From Candidatus Tenderia electrophaga (GTDB lineage Bacteria > Pseudomonadota > Gammaproteobacteria > Tenderiales > Tenderiaceae), in NCBI GenBank assembly GCA_001447805.1, contig CP013100.1, positions 42,767 to 106,766 of the forward strand: DNA of 64,000 nt. The letters are read 5' to 3'. The stretch's first letter is position 1, and every line of letters begins with the position of its first letter. This document shows positions 28,788-38,113 of this stretch, in pieces. Made by a program: the position numbers and the translations under genes. The notes below the pieces were generated by a model that did not search any database, was not told the DNA's origin, and saw only the letters and a program-made list of their open reading frames with translations.

Positions 28788-30131
28788 GTGGACTTTGTTG
28801 TATCCCTAATTGAGCTGTTTAGCGCCGCACCCATCTACGCCAATGTGGAATCCCTGGCCCTATGGATGCTGACCCACATCACGCCGGTGTTGGTGGTAAT
28901 CGCCATGTGGGTGCGCCTGACCGAGACTCAATTGGACAGCTTTGCCGGGCAATCGCGCTATGCCGCGGCGGTGCGCGATTTTCTCTGGTACGGCTTCCTG
29001 CTCTCGGCTTACATGGCCATTGGCGCCATGATCAGTTACGCCTTCAACAACTTCTACGGCCTGTTGAACGAGAAAGGCTCGTTCGAAGTGGTCTTCACTC
29101 AGATGCAGACCTTCATCGAGCAAATCAATCAGATGGACAAGGCCGATCAGGGCCTGGGCAGTTCGGCCTTGAGCCTGGTCACCGCGCCAACGACCGGGAT
29201 CGCCTATTTCGTCTATTACCTGTCACTCATCGTAGTGGTCTTCCTGTTGGTGGTAATGCGCCTGGCCCTGGCGGTGGGCTATGGCCTGGTGTTCGTCTGG
29301 GGCCTGGTGGTGATTCCATTGTCCATGACCAGCAAGTTCAAGATGCTGCGCGGTTGGGGCATCTTCGCCGCAGGGGTGCTGCTGTGGCCGATTATCGAGG
29401 CAATTCTGATCTGGTTCTTTTCGCCAGTGCTCAGTGGGGCGGCGCAGAATCTGATCAGCGGCGATGCCAGCAGCTTCATGGTGGAAAAGGCCGGTGTGTA
29501 TCTGCTCTACACGGTACTGAACTTCCTGATCGCCGCGATCATCATCGCCGCGCCCTTGATTGCCGGACTCATGGCCGCCAACAACAGCGCCATGAGCAGC
29601 CTGGTCATGCCCTTTGCGGGCGCGGCCATGGCGGCCTCGGCCACGACCTTGAAGGTCACCCGGCAACGTATGACAGGTGGCGCCCGGGATAGTGTGGCGG
29701 CGGTAGGGAGCAGTGATTTGGCCCAAGCGGCCTCCGCCAAGATTGAAGGCGCCGCTCGCACCATGACAGGTATGGGGCCGGCGGCCCGGCCCGCATCGGC
29801 CGCGGCCGCCAGTCGCATGACTAACCACGGCCGCCTGTCCGAGTCGCTTCGTACCCAAACACCTAGCGCCAGCGGTGCAAATCCGGACGCGTCAAAGGCG
29901 AATAATGGCGCCAGCGCCAAGAAGGCGGCCACTGCGGCTGTTGTCCAGCAGGCTACGGCCGCCACCACAGGCGGTGGGGTGGATGTAAAGGGAAGTGCGG
30001 CCGGGGCATCATACGAAGCCCCGGCCCAGGACGCCAAGCAAGGCGATGCCACACCTGCGCGCACCCGCAGCAGCGAGGCGGCGCGCCGGGGCCATTTTAT
30101 TCACCAAAATCTCAAGAAAAAGGGTAGTTAG
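28788..30131 (+). CDS. VirB6/TrbL-like polytopic membrane protein with a disordered Ala/Ser/Gly-rich tail
   Basis: At least 6 predicted TM segments in the first ~290 aa and a low-complexity C-terminal ~150 aa. Confidence 0.6.
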   Translation: MDFVVSLIELFSAAPIYANVESLALWMLTHITPVLVVIAMWVRLTETQLDSFAGQSRYAAAVRDFLWYGFLLSAYMAIGAMISYAFNNFYGLLNEKGSFEVVFTQMQTFIEQINQMDKADQGLGSSALSLVTAPTTGIAYFVYYLSLIVVVFLLVVMRLALAVGYGLVFVWGLVVIPLSMTSKFKMLRGWGIFAAGVLLWPIIEAILIWFFSPVLSGAAQNLISGDASSFMVEKAGVYLLYTVLNFLIAAIIIAAPLIAGLMAANNSAMSSLVMPFAGAAMAASATTLKVTRQRMTGGARDSVAAVGSSDLAQAASAKIEGAARTMTGMGPAARPASAAAASRMTNHGRLSESLRTQTPSASGANPDASKANNGASAKKAATAAVVQQATAATTGGGVDVKGSAAGASYEAPAQDAKQGDATPARTRSSEAARRGHFIHQNLKKKGS

Positions 30132-30133
30132 CC

Positions 30134-30760
30134 ATGGAACAGCCAACGCAGCTAAGCGAAAAGGAGCTGCTTAATATGCACGGTCCCACAGGTGGTCTGG
30201 TCATACGCTTACAGCGTTATGCCTTGTTGGGGTGGATGCTGGCCGGCGTACTGTTGTTCGTGCTGGTGGCCTATGTCTTTCTCGACAAGGTGTTCGGCAC
30301 GCCTGTGCTGGCCGTCAATGAGGAAGGGCAGGTATTGGGCCACTTCGAGTATCTCAGTGGCAGCTCGCGCACGGACGATGAGATCATGGCCGGCGGGCAG
30401 CGCTTCCTGCGCGACTACCTGAGTGCCAACTCGTCCTTCATCATGGAAGACTATACGCGGGCCCTGAACATGATGGCGGTGGAGCTGCGCGAACAGAAAC
30501 TGGCCGAAGTATTGGAGACGAACTACCTGGTTCGGATCGGCGAGGCCAACACCCGCTCCCATCTGGAATTTACCGCTAATCCAAGTATCGAATGGAGGCG
30601 CGAGCTGGAGGCCTCGGTACGCTACCACGGCAATGTGGTGGCCCAGTCGGGCAAAAGCATCGTCGAACAACCCTTTGACATCACCCTGACCCTGCTCGCC
30701 GTGCCGCGCTCCACCCTGGCCACGGTGGGCTTCAAGGTGATTGGGATTGAGGACAACTGA
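30134..30760 (+). CDS. VirB8-like bitopic protein
   Basis: A single N-terminal TM (YALLGWMLAGVLLFVLVAYVFL) followed by a ~150-aa periplasmic domain. Position supports the call. Confidence 0.5.
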   Translation: MEQPTQLSEKELLNMHGPTGGLVIRLQRYALLGWMLAGVLLFVLVAYVFLDKVFGTPVLAVNEEGQVLGHFEYLSGSSRTDDEIMAGGQRFLRDYLSANSSFIMEDYTRALNMMAVELREQKLAEVLETNYLVRIGEANTRSHLEFTANPSIEWRRELEASVRYHGNVVAQSGKSIVEQPFDITLTLLAVPRSTLATVGFKVIGIEDN

Positions 30761-30761
30761 T

Positions 30762-31673
30762 ATGTGGCGCTGGATTGTTGCTTCACTGTTGTTCGCACCC
30801 TTGCTAGCCGGCGCGGGAGAGGCGGATAATGCGCCCCGCGTCAAGCGCGTTGCGCTGCAGGAATTCACCACCCTGACCATCGATATCGTCCCGGACCTGG
30901 GCACGCGCCTGGTGTTTCCCTTCGTGCTGGATGAGCAGCCGCGGCAGGGCGAGGCGCCCTTTACCATGACCTTGACCAATGGCGTGTTCAAGTCCGATCG
31001 CAAGGAAGGCCGCAACGTCCTGGTCCTGACCGCGCCTCCGAGCCGGGACGGCGGAGATATGAGCGGCTATCTTGGCGACCTGTTCATTTCCGTGGCGGGC
31101 TACAACATCACTGCCCGGTTGCGCACTGTGAAAGACTGGCGCGAGCACTATACGGATATTGTTTTCGAGCCGTCCGAGGAAGACCGGCAGGACCTGATCG
31201 ACGCAGCGGTGCAGCGCCGCCTCCAGGCCCTGGAGAGCGAGTACCAGCGCAAGCTTGAGGCCCTGGAGCAGGACATCGACCAGCGCGCCCTGGCGAAAGT
31301 GGCCTATCTCGCCCTGCAGGACGCCGAAGAAGACCGGGTGAAGGAATATTCGCGTATGGTCTTGGCCAACGGTGACCGGCTGGTGTTGTCGGTGGATTCG
31401 GTGTTGGGCTATGACCAGTTCTCCATCGTGCCCTTCGAGCTCGAGGCCGACACCTTGGGCGACGTGAAGATCCTGGATGCGCGTCTGTTCGTCCAGGCTG
31501 ACAGCGACTCACCGGCGCACCTGCTGCCCACCAGCCTACAGGTGCGGCGCCGTGTGGAGGCTGGCGAACGCGTCCAGGGCGTGGTGGCAGCGGAGCAGTC
31601 CAAGCTGATGGCCTACGAGGTCATCAAGCTGGTTGTGTTGACTGACCAGGGGCAGGTGGAGCTGACATGGTGA
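30762..31673 (+). CDS. VirB9/TrbG-like periplasmic/outer-membrane protein (by position; contains a coiled-coil insert)
   Basis: Signal peptide MWRWIVASLLFAPLLAGAGEA. It lies between the VirB8-like and VirB10-like genes. The central RRLQALESEYQRKLEALEQDIDQR segment is atypical. Confidence 0.4.
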   Translation: MWRWIVASLLFAPLLAGAGEADNAPRVKRVALQEFTTLTIDIVPDLGTRLVFPFVLDEQPRQGEAPFTMTLTNGVFKSDRKEGRNVLVLTAPPSRDGGDMSGYLGDLFISVAGYNITARLRTVKDWREHYTDIVFEPSEEDRQDLIDAAVQRRLQALESEYQRKLEALEQDIDQRALAKVAYLALQDAEEDRVKEYSRMVLANGDRLVLSVDSVLGYDQFSIVPFELEADTLGDVKILDARLFVQADSDSPAHLLPTSLQVRRRVEAGERVQGVVAAEQSKLMAYEVIKLVVLTDQGQVELTW

Positions 31674-32653
31674 GGCTAGTGATGCTGGGCAGTTTGCTGC
31701 TCGCAGCTATGGCGCCCGCCAGCGCCGAACGTTTGCTGACGGTGGACGAGCTGCGCCAGCTGGCTGGCGATGCCGACCGGGTGCACCGGGAAAAGCGCGC
31801 TCGCATCCAGGGCGGTGACCTCAGCCAGCTGTTGCCCCAGGTACAGCGCGAGGATGGGACGGCCCCGCCGAGCAAAGTTTCAAAGGAGATAGCGACTCCC
31901 CCCGTGCCCGACGCCGTTGTTATCCAGACACAGGAATCACCTCGGGTGACGAAGTATTCCAAGCCGAAGGCGATACGATCCAGGCGGGAAACCGAACGCA
32001 CTGTCAGTTCACCAGAGAGCGCCGCCGAAGCGGCGCCTGAGCCGGCAAGTGCCAAGGTAAACCCGTTTGAGTATGTGCCACCACCCCGCACGCGGGCTAC
32101 CGATGAAACGGTCTATACCGATGCCGTCATTGTGGATGAGCTGGAGTATGGCATCCGCATCGGGACCTGGATCGACGTGGAGATGCTGCGCAATATCAGC
32201 AGCGCGGAGCCGGGCATGGTGGCGTTTCGGGTTGACCAGCCAGTGGCTGGGCGCTACCGGACACTGGAGGCGGGCACCGAACTGTTTGCCGAGAAGATCT
32301 TCAATGGCGCCACGCAGCGGTTGGAATTGATGGTGACACGCGGCGTGACATCATACGGCGAAGAATTCGCCATTCGAGGCCAGGTCTACGACATGCAGAA
32401 AGTCTCTGGCCTGGACGGCATCGTGAAGAAAAAGGCGCTGGTGAAGGGCAGTGTGCAATCAGGGCTGTTGGCGGCAACCCGTACCGCTCTTGGTATGGTC
32501 GCGCAAGAAGGGCCCGTTGGCGCCGGCGCGGTCACCGCCGCGGATGTGGTGATTAGTGAAGGTGAAGGTGCCGTTGCGGAGCAGCTTCAAGACGAATACG
32601 TGATCTATGTCTCCAGCCGGGAGGCGCGTCTGTTTATCACAGAGGCATTCTGA
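31667..32653 (+). CDS. VirB10/TrbI-like protein
   Basis: N-terminal hydrophobic anchor, a Pro-rich linker (PPSKVSKEIATPPVPD...), and a C-terminal beta-barrel region GTWIDVEMLRNISSAEPGMVAFRV...LEAGTELFAEK...RLELMVTRGVTSYGEEFAIRGQVYD...GLDGIV. Confidence 0.7.
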   Translation: MVRLVMLGSLLLAAMAPASAERLLTVDELRQLAGDADRVHREKRARIQGGDLSQLLPQVQREDGTAPPSKVSKEIATPPVPDAVVIQTQESPRVTKYSKPKAIRSRRETERTVSSPESAAEAAPEPASAKVNPFEYVPPPRTRATDETVYTDAVIVDELEYGIRIGTWIDVEMLRNISSAEPGMVAFRVDQPVAGRYRTLEAGTELFAEKIFNGATQRLELMVTRGVTSYGEEFAIRGQVYDMQKVSGLDGIVKKKALVKGSVQSGLLAATRTALGMVAQEGPVGAGAVTAADVVISEGEGAVAEQLQDEYVIYVSSREARLFITEAF

Positions 32654-32740
32654 ATGACCCGCGCCGTAGCGGGATTCAGTGGTTTGAACTCATTTGATGA
32701 TTTCTTTATATTGACAATGCAGTAGCTCGTTGGGGAAAAA

Positions 32741-33301
32741 ATGAAGTTGGTAGGATGTTTTGCAGTGCTTGCCTGCGTCGGGGTAGCGCAGGCAGGGGAG
32801 TTTGGTTACACCGCCTATGGCGCATCTCTTTCGGTAGATGACCCGGATGGTACGACTAGTAGCACAAGCTACTTGGCGCCGTTTAATGGGTTTTACGCCG
32901 ATTCTCTCAAGCGCGATATCAGATATCAGGTCGAGGCCTTTGCGGATTCCGTGATCCTGGACGCAGGGATCAACCAGATCGGTCAGAAGGTTCAATACCA
33001 AGGCGTAGGTCTATCACTCCAACACCGGTTTCGGCTGACGCCCGATATTAAGCCCTGGCTTGGTGTCGGGGTCGACTATATCGACCTCCGTTATCGCGAC
33101 CGCCACAGTGTCGATACGGGCGGATACCTCACCTATCGATTCCCCGATCGCAGTGAATCCGGTATGAATCTCGTCTTAAATGCCGCCAATTACTGGGCCT
33201 TTTCCCGTTCCTGGGACATCGGCCTCGTCGCCAAACTGGGCCAGCCGGTCGCCTCCGATTCAACATTCTTGAAGATTGGGATTTCCGCGCTTTATAGATA
33301 A
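32741..33301 (+). CDS. Small outer-membrane beta-barrel protein
   Basis: Signal peptide ...GVAQA/GE, beta-strand periodicity, C-terminal ...GISALYR. GC drops here relative to the transfer operon. Confidence 0.55.
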   Translation: MKLVGCFAVLACVGVAQAGEFGYTAYGASLSVDDPDGTTSSTSYLAPFNGFYADSLKRDIRYQVEAFADSVILDAGINQIGQKVQYQGVGLSLQHRFRLTPDIKPWLGVGVDYIDLRYRDRHSVDTGGYLTYRFPDRSESGMNLVLNAANYWAFSRSWDIGLVAKLGQPVASDSTFLKIGISALYR

Positions 33302-33328
33302 TGAAAAATAAATAAGGAGTAGGGTAGT

Positions 33329-36211
33329 ATGAAATGGATGTTTGCGCTCGTCGCAGTGATGGGCCTGGCTGTTTCCGGCTGTCAGTCAGGGGGAGAGGGC
33401 GGCCTGCCGCCAGAGCGATCCACAAGTACCGTCAGTGGCTATTCGGTAGACGCCATTATTCGAAATGGCACTATCAAGGTGTATGGTCTCAATAGTGATG
33501 CAACCAAGGGCGAGTTTCTTGGCTCAACGACGACAGACGAGAACGGCTATTATGAGTTGAGTCTTCGATCCGCATCTCTCCCGGTATTAATTGAGGTGAC
33601 GGGAGGGACGTATATCGAAGAGGCCAGCGGAAAAGTCATTACCTTGGCTACTGGTGACGTGCTGCGAGCGATTACGTTTTATGAGAGCGGTGAACCGCTC
33701 AGTGTAATGGTGACGCCGCTTACCAACCTCGCAGCCGGTTTTGTCGTCTACAAAGTCGGCCAGGGAGTCAATCTCAATAATGCAATTGTCGAATCATCAA
33801 CGGCCATTAGCTCTTATGTTGGCTTCGATATTCTCGACACGGTGCCGCGAGATGTCACCAATCCTATAAATTATGGCTATTCCTTGGATGATGGCATGCG
33901 CTACGGCCTGTTTACCGCTGCGATTTCCTCTTGGACTAAACACGCTGGCGAGGAAAATCTTCAGTCTCCTCATACCATCTATACATCGATTCGCCTTGCG
34001 AGCATCATGTATGACGATATCAGTAGCGACGGGCTTCTGGATGGCAAGAAGGTAACCGGAGATGATCAAAACCAAAGCATTGCGGGTCTGTCTTACGGCG
34101 CAGTTCCCCTGGGCCCGAACGTATACCGTTCAGAATTCGCCAACCACATGCTGACGGTGGTATCTGACACGAATATCAATAAGACCGGTCTCGTCTTAAC
34201 AGACTTGCTGTCGGATGCCCAGGCGATCGCGAATAGCGGGCATCGTATGTTCACTGACGTGCCACCGCAACCGATTGATAAGGACGCGCCTCGCATCTCC
34301 CAAATTGACCCTGAAGGGCAATGGTATTCGGGCGCGATCAATTATGAGGTTAAAGTCTCCGACTTTGTGGGTGTCGCAGAAGTAACATTCGATATAGATG
34401 GTGAAGTCATTGGTCTTGCTTCTGATCCAAGTGCGCCCTCCGTGCCAATCATCACCGATCAGTATGGCGACGGGGAACACTACATCGGCGTAAGAGCGCG
34501 CGATTTTATGGGAAACGAGGCCTATCAGAAACTGCTGGTCAATTTCAACAGCACTGGCCCAGTGATAAATGTTACCGTCCCGAAAATCACCAACCAAACC
34601 GACTATGAATTGGCAGGCACCTGGGAGGGGTTCGGTGTCGCGCTTGATTATCTTAGTGTGCAAGATAATCAAGCGGTAATTAACAGCGACGGTACTTGGA
34701 GTGCAACAGTCGAGCTAGCGCCAGGGAGTAATGTGATTCCCATAGAAACGATGGATGAACTCGGGAATAAGACAGAGATTGAATCTGTGGTTGATCTCGA
34801 CCAAACTCCGCCGGCGGCGACTGTCATTTATAGTAATGCCACTTACAGTCTTGGTGGAGGAGAGACCTTCATAGAGTCTCTAAAGTTTGCGTCAGATGAG
34901 ATCTACCCTTTGTATATAAGTACGGATAAGGTCAAGCTAAATGGGCTATCCCTCAATACAGCAGTGATGTTTGAAAATGGGATACCAAATATTGAATATC
35001 AAGTGGCCGATCCAGTCGTAAAGGGAGTGGCAACAGAGCCCAATGATATTTATCTCGAAGTCAGATATTCACGAGGTGGAAATCTGTTGACAGATTGGAG
35101 ACCAGCCCAGAGAACACTATATCCAGGGAATAGCCACTACATGGTTGCGCTCGCGGAGGAAACGCTTTCTGAAGACTGGCACATTACTACACCACAAGAA
35201 ACACATTTAATTGAGTTGAAAGTATCCGACGACGCGGGTAATTTTAGACTGGAAAGTTTCAACTTTCGAGCTGAGGTATACCCGGCCGCATCCGATGACT
35301 CAGTCACCGTTTCAGAGCAATGGCCCGATTTGACTGAGACATCATTTGCCCAGCGTGGGAGCCTGTACGGCCAAAGCGGAGTGAGACTGGTGGACTACCA
35401 GTACCAGAATAATTCCCCTTTTGACCAATTCATACAGATCACTGATAACAGCCTTCATTATGTTGAAAGTACTGTCGAGAAAGCCATCCGTAAGCACAAT
35501 GCTCGGATCGTCACGGCATTTGATAGCAAAGTGGTGCCGTACGATAGACTCGAGTTTGTCTATGGGGGGGATCCTGCCATTGCGTGCGAACAGTATCATC
35601 ACACTATCGTCCATGCCTCGCCACATCCGAACCAACAAGGACTTTTTATGGTCACATGTGATCCCGGGGATGAGTGGGGACAAACGTCTACCCTAACCTA
35701 TGGTGACTACCAGGAAATCGAGTCTGAAAACCTATCTCCCGCAGAAAATACCGAATGGGTTGCTGGTGAGGAGCACGAAATAATTGCAAATAAATGGTAT
35801 CACCGATCGCGGTCTTGGTATGAATCAGAGCCCGGGTATCCGAAAAACGTAATTTCCGAATTCACAGAGTCCGCGTCTTTTGATACGGCCGATATCCAGG
35901 TATTTGACGAGGCGGGTAATGCGCGCACTGCGGTCAGTGGTTGGTATAAAGTCATGGCAGGCGAACGCGTGAATGTTGTGAAATACGTCGATACGCCGAT
36001 CCTGCCCCAATATTCTGACGTAGGGGTGGCAGATCTGGAGTCGTTCGCGAGCTATAACTATAAAACGTACGATAAATCGGTATCTTGGGAGCTCGATGGT
36101 TCGCTTGCTATCAGCGTGATCCATGGAAATAGCTTCAATATGCTGGCGAGTATGCCGAGGTTGGCACTGTCCGGGGAAAGCGGGTCAATCACGCATACCA
36201 TCGCTAGATAG
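33329..36211 (+). CDS. 960-aa surface lipoprotein with a CarboxypepD_reg-like domain and Ig-like repeats
   Basis: Lipobox LAVSGC. IRNGTIKVYGL...TTTDENGYYELSL (carboxypeptidase-regulatory-like fold). Ig-like segments such as INYEVKVSDFVGVAEVTFDIDGEVIG...HYIGVRARDFMGNEA. Confidence 0.6.
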   Translation: MKWMFALVAVMGLAVSGCQSGGEGGLPPERSTSTVSGYSVDAIIRNGTIKVYGLNSDATKGEFLGSTTTDENGYYELSLRSASLPVLIEVTGGTYIEEASGKVITLATGDVLRAITFYESGEPLSVMVTPLTNLAAGFVVYKVGQGVNLNNAIVESSTAISSYVGFDILDTVPRDVTNPINYGYSLDDGMRYGLFTAAISSWTKHAGEENLQSPHTIYTSIRLASIMYDDISSDGLLDGKKVTGDDQNQSIAGLSYGAVPLGPNVYRSEFANHMLTVVSDTNINKTGLVLTDLLSDAQAIANSGHRMFTDVPPQPIDKDAPRISQIDPEGQWYSGAINYEVKVSDFVGVAEVTFDIDGEVIGLASDPSAPSVPIITDQYGDGEHYIGVRARDFMGNEAYQKLLVNFNSTGPVINVTVPKITNQTDYELAGTWEGFGVALDYLSVQDNQAVINSDGTWSATVELAPGSNVIPIETMDELGNKTEIESVVDLDQTPPAATVIYSNATYSLGGGETFIESLKFASDEIYPLYISTDKVKLNGLSLNTAVMFENGIPNIEYQVADPVVKGVATEPNDIYLEVRYSRGGNLLTDWRPAQRTLYPGNSHYMVALAEETLSEDWHITTPQETHLIELKVSDDAGNFRLESFNFRAEVYPAASDDSVTVSEQWPDLTETSFAQRGSLYGQSGVRLVDYQYQNNSPFDQFIQITDNSLHYVESTVEKAIRKHNARIVTAFDSKVVPYDRLEFVYGGDPAIACEQYHHTIVHASPHPNQQGLFMVTCDPGDEWGQTSTLTYGDYQEIESENLSPAENTEWVAGEEHEIIANKWYHRSRSWYESEPGYPKNVISEFTESASFDTADIQVFDEAGNARTAVSGWYKVMAGERVNVVKYVDTPILPQYSDVGVADLESFASYNYKTYDKSVSWELDGSLAISVIHGNSFNMLASMPRLALSGESGSITHTIAR

Positions 36212-36547
36212 TCATGTAAGAGGCAAAAAAGACAGTGACAGCTCTAATTGGGTGCTTATCATTAGGATACCGGTTGCGATGGAAGAGCTCGACCCGCAGC
36301 CGTACATTCAGCCTTGATCCTGTCAGTGCCAGGTCTACCGATGCCGTCTTTCAGAATGAATGCATGAGTAGAAATTAATAATATTACACTTCTGTGTCCG
36401 AAAAGACTGCATGTGCCAAAAAGAGATTGAATATGGGCTACCGTACCATTGCGGTGCGGAGTCTTCCATATCGTTTGTAGCTTGCGGATTTCTGAAAGCG
36501 GACATTGGCACCATCTGTTTGGTGGTGCCAATGTCTGTAATATTTCC

Positions 36548-37606
36548 TCATCTTGGCATGCGGTCAAGCGGGCTGCTCACCTTGCTGTAGTCTGGTTTAA
36601 TATGTGTGTAAATCATGGTCGTCTCCAAATTGCGATGGCCAAGCAAACTCTGAATCGTACGTATATCCGTCCCCGCCTCTAAGAGATGGCTAGCAAAACT
36701 ATGGCGTAGAGTGTGGATGCCGACGTGTTTGTGAATCTTGGCCTGAGTGACTGCCTCTCTGAACGCGCGCCGTAAGGTCGATGGAGAGCAGTGCCAACGC
36801 GCGAATTTTCCAGTATCTCGCCACGGTCTTATCATCGTTGAGGGGAATACAAACTGCCAACCCAGCGAGCATGAGGCTGAGGGATATTTCTGATAGAGCG
36901 CATTGGGCATGGGGACATAGCCATTGCCGTTTAAAAGATCGGATTTATGCAGCTGTGCCACCTTAAGCAGATGATTCCGCAATGCAGGAATCAAACGTTC
37001 CGGTAACAGCGTCACGCGGTCCTTATTACCCTTTCCGGCCCGCACCGTGACAGCACGGTTGTCAAAATCGATATCCTTGATGCGCAGTGTCACACACTCA
37101 CTGATGCGCATGCCGGTCCCGTAGATCAACTCCGCCATCAATCGCGGCGTTCCCTTCATTCGTTCAAATGTAGCGCTGACCTCATCAATCGACATAACAA
37201 CAGGGATATTCTGTTTGCGCTTAACCCGCCTTAGTTTATCCAAGCCAGGTAAATCCTGATCCAACACTTCCCGATAGAGAAAGGCAATGGCATTTAAAGC
37301 GGCAGATTGTGTGCTCCCCGAAACATGCTTTTTAGTCGCCAAATGGTTGAGATAGGTCTCAATATCGCGTTGGCTCATGTCTTTAGGGTGCCGTTTGTTA
37401 TGAAACAGAATCAGGCGACGAATCCAGAATACGTACGATTTTTCCGTACGAGGGCTGTAATGCAATCGACGACAGGCAATTCTTACCTGATCGAGTAACT
37501 TAGGTTTTGCCGATGTTGTATCCTGACCCCATAAGGTTACCTCCAAAATTAGACATGTTCTACGTGCCACGAGTTGTTTGTAAAGATGAACGTGATAGAA
37601 AATCAC
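36548..37606 (-). CDS. intI: Integron integrase IntI
   Basis: Tyrosine recombinase boxes GTGMRISECVTLRIKDID, HTLRHSFASHLL and LLGHRNLETTMIYTHI, plus the IntI-specific insertion NALYQKYPSASCSLGWQFVFPS. It is divergent from an attC-bounded cassette array. The exact start (GTG 37606 or downstream) is uncertain. Confidence 0.9.
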   Translation of the reverse strand: MIFYHVHLYKQLVARRTCLILEVTLWGQDTTSAKPKLLDQVRIACRRLHYSPRTEKSYVFWIRRLILFHNKRHPKDMSQRDIETYLNHLATKKHVSGSTQSAALNAIAFLYREVLDQDLPGLDKLRRVKRKQNIPVVMSIDEVSATFERMKGTPRLMAELIYGTGMRISECVTLRIKDIDFDNRAVTVRAGKGNKDRVTLLPERLIPALRNHLLKVAQLHKSDLLNGNGYVPMPNALYQKYPSASCSLGWQFVFPSTMIRPWRDTGKFARWHCSPSTLRRAFREAVTQAKIHKHVGIHTLRHSFASHLLEAGTDIRTIQSLLGHRNLETTMIYTHIKPDYSKVSSPLDRMPR

Positions 37607-37656
37607 TAACCCGCTGATTTACGTTAGAATATAGACTCTAAAACCGAAATAACTAC

Positions 37657-37701
37657 AAAAGGATAACGAGACAGCGGGTCTCGTTTATCCAGCTGTTATG
37701 T
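37657..37701 (+). repeat. attC-like site (conserved unit) sitting where attI is expected
   Basis: aaaaGGATAACGAGACagcggGTCTCGTTTATCCagctGTTATGT: the same hairpin unit as the cassette attCs, 50-95 bp from the intI start. Confidence 0.6.
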
Positions 37702-37711
37702 GTAAAAGAAG

Positions 37712-38014
37712 ATGAGCATAAATATCGTCAAGAAAGGAACTTGGCTCTACGATGGAACGGCCGTTAATCCCGTTGACATTATCGCCTTAGACTTTGACTG
37801 GTGGTACGAAATGGTGAAAGAAGAAGATGGGTTGGAAGAGGGAGAACAACCCATACCGCTAGGGGATGACGGTTACATCTACTATGTACGATTTCAACGT
37901 GCGGGTGAGCGCGAACATTCGACCTGGGTTGATTCAGGAGGAGAGAGAAGTTTAAGTGAAGCAATTAAGGTAGCTGAATCAAAAGTTACTGGTGAAATCA
38001 CATGGCTCAACTAA
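37712..38014 (+). CDS. Cassette 1: hypothetical protein (100 aa)
   Basis: ORF bounded by the attC-like site and a heterologous attC. Confidence 0.55.
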   Translation: MSINIVKKGTWLYDGTAVNPVDIIALDFDWWYEMVKEEDGLEEGEQPIPLGDDGYIYYVRFQRAGEREHSTWVDSGGERSLSEAIKVAESKVTGEITWLN

Positions 38015-38017
38015 AAC

Positions 38018-38098
38018 ACATAACAATCGGCTCAAATTCGCTCCGCTTCGCTACGCCGGACGCTCACTCCGTTCGCGCCGTTTAGCCGGGCGTTATAG
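38018..38098 (+). repeat. attC of cassette 1 (81 bp, different type)
   Basis: R'' ACATAAC, L'' CGGCTCAAA ... L' TTTAGCCGG, R' GTTATAG. Confidence 0.7.
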
Positions 38099-38113
38099 CG
38101 CATTGAGGAAGGT

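Noticed and set aside
27794-31015. Several 200-280-aa alternative-frame or antisense ORFs (27794-28528 minus, 28862-29692 plus, 29223-29858 minus, 29507-30064 minus, 30209-31015 minus)
   Set aside because: All overlap the VirB4/5/6/8/9-like genes. Their composition is low-complexity and Arg/His/Gly-rich, and the sense genes show membrane or secretion features. I treat them as GC-driven spurious frames.
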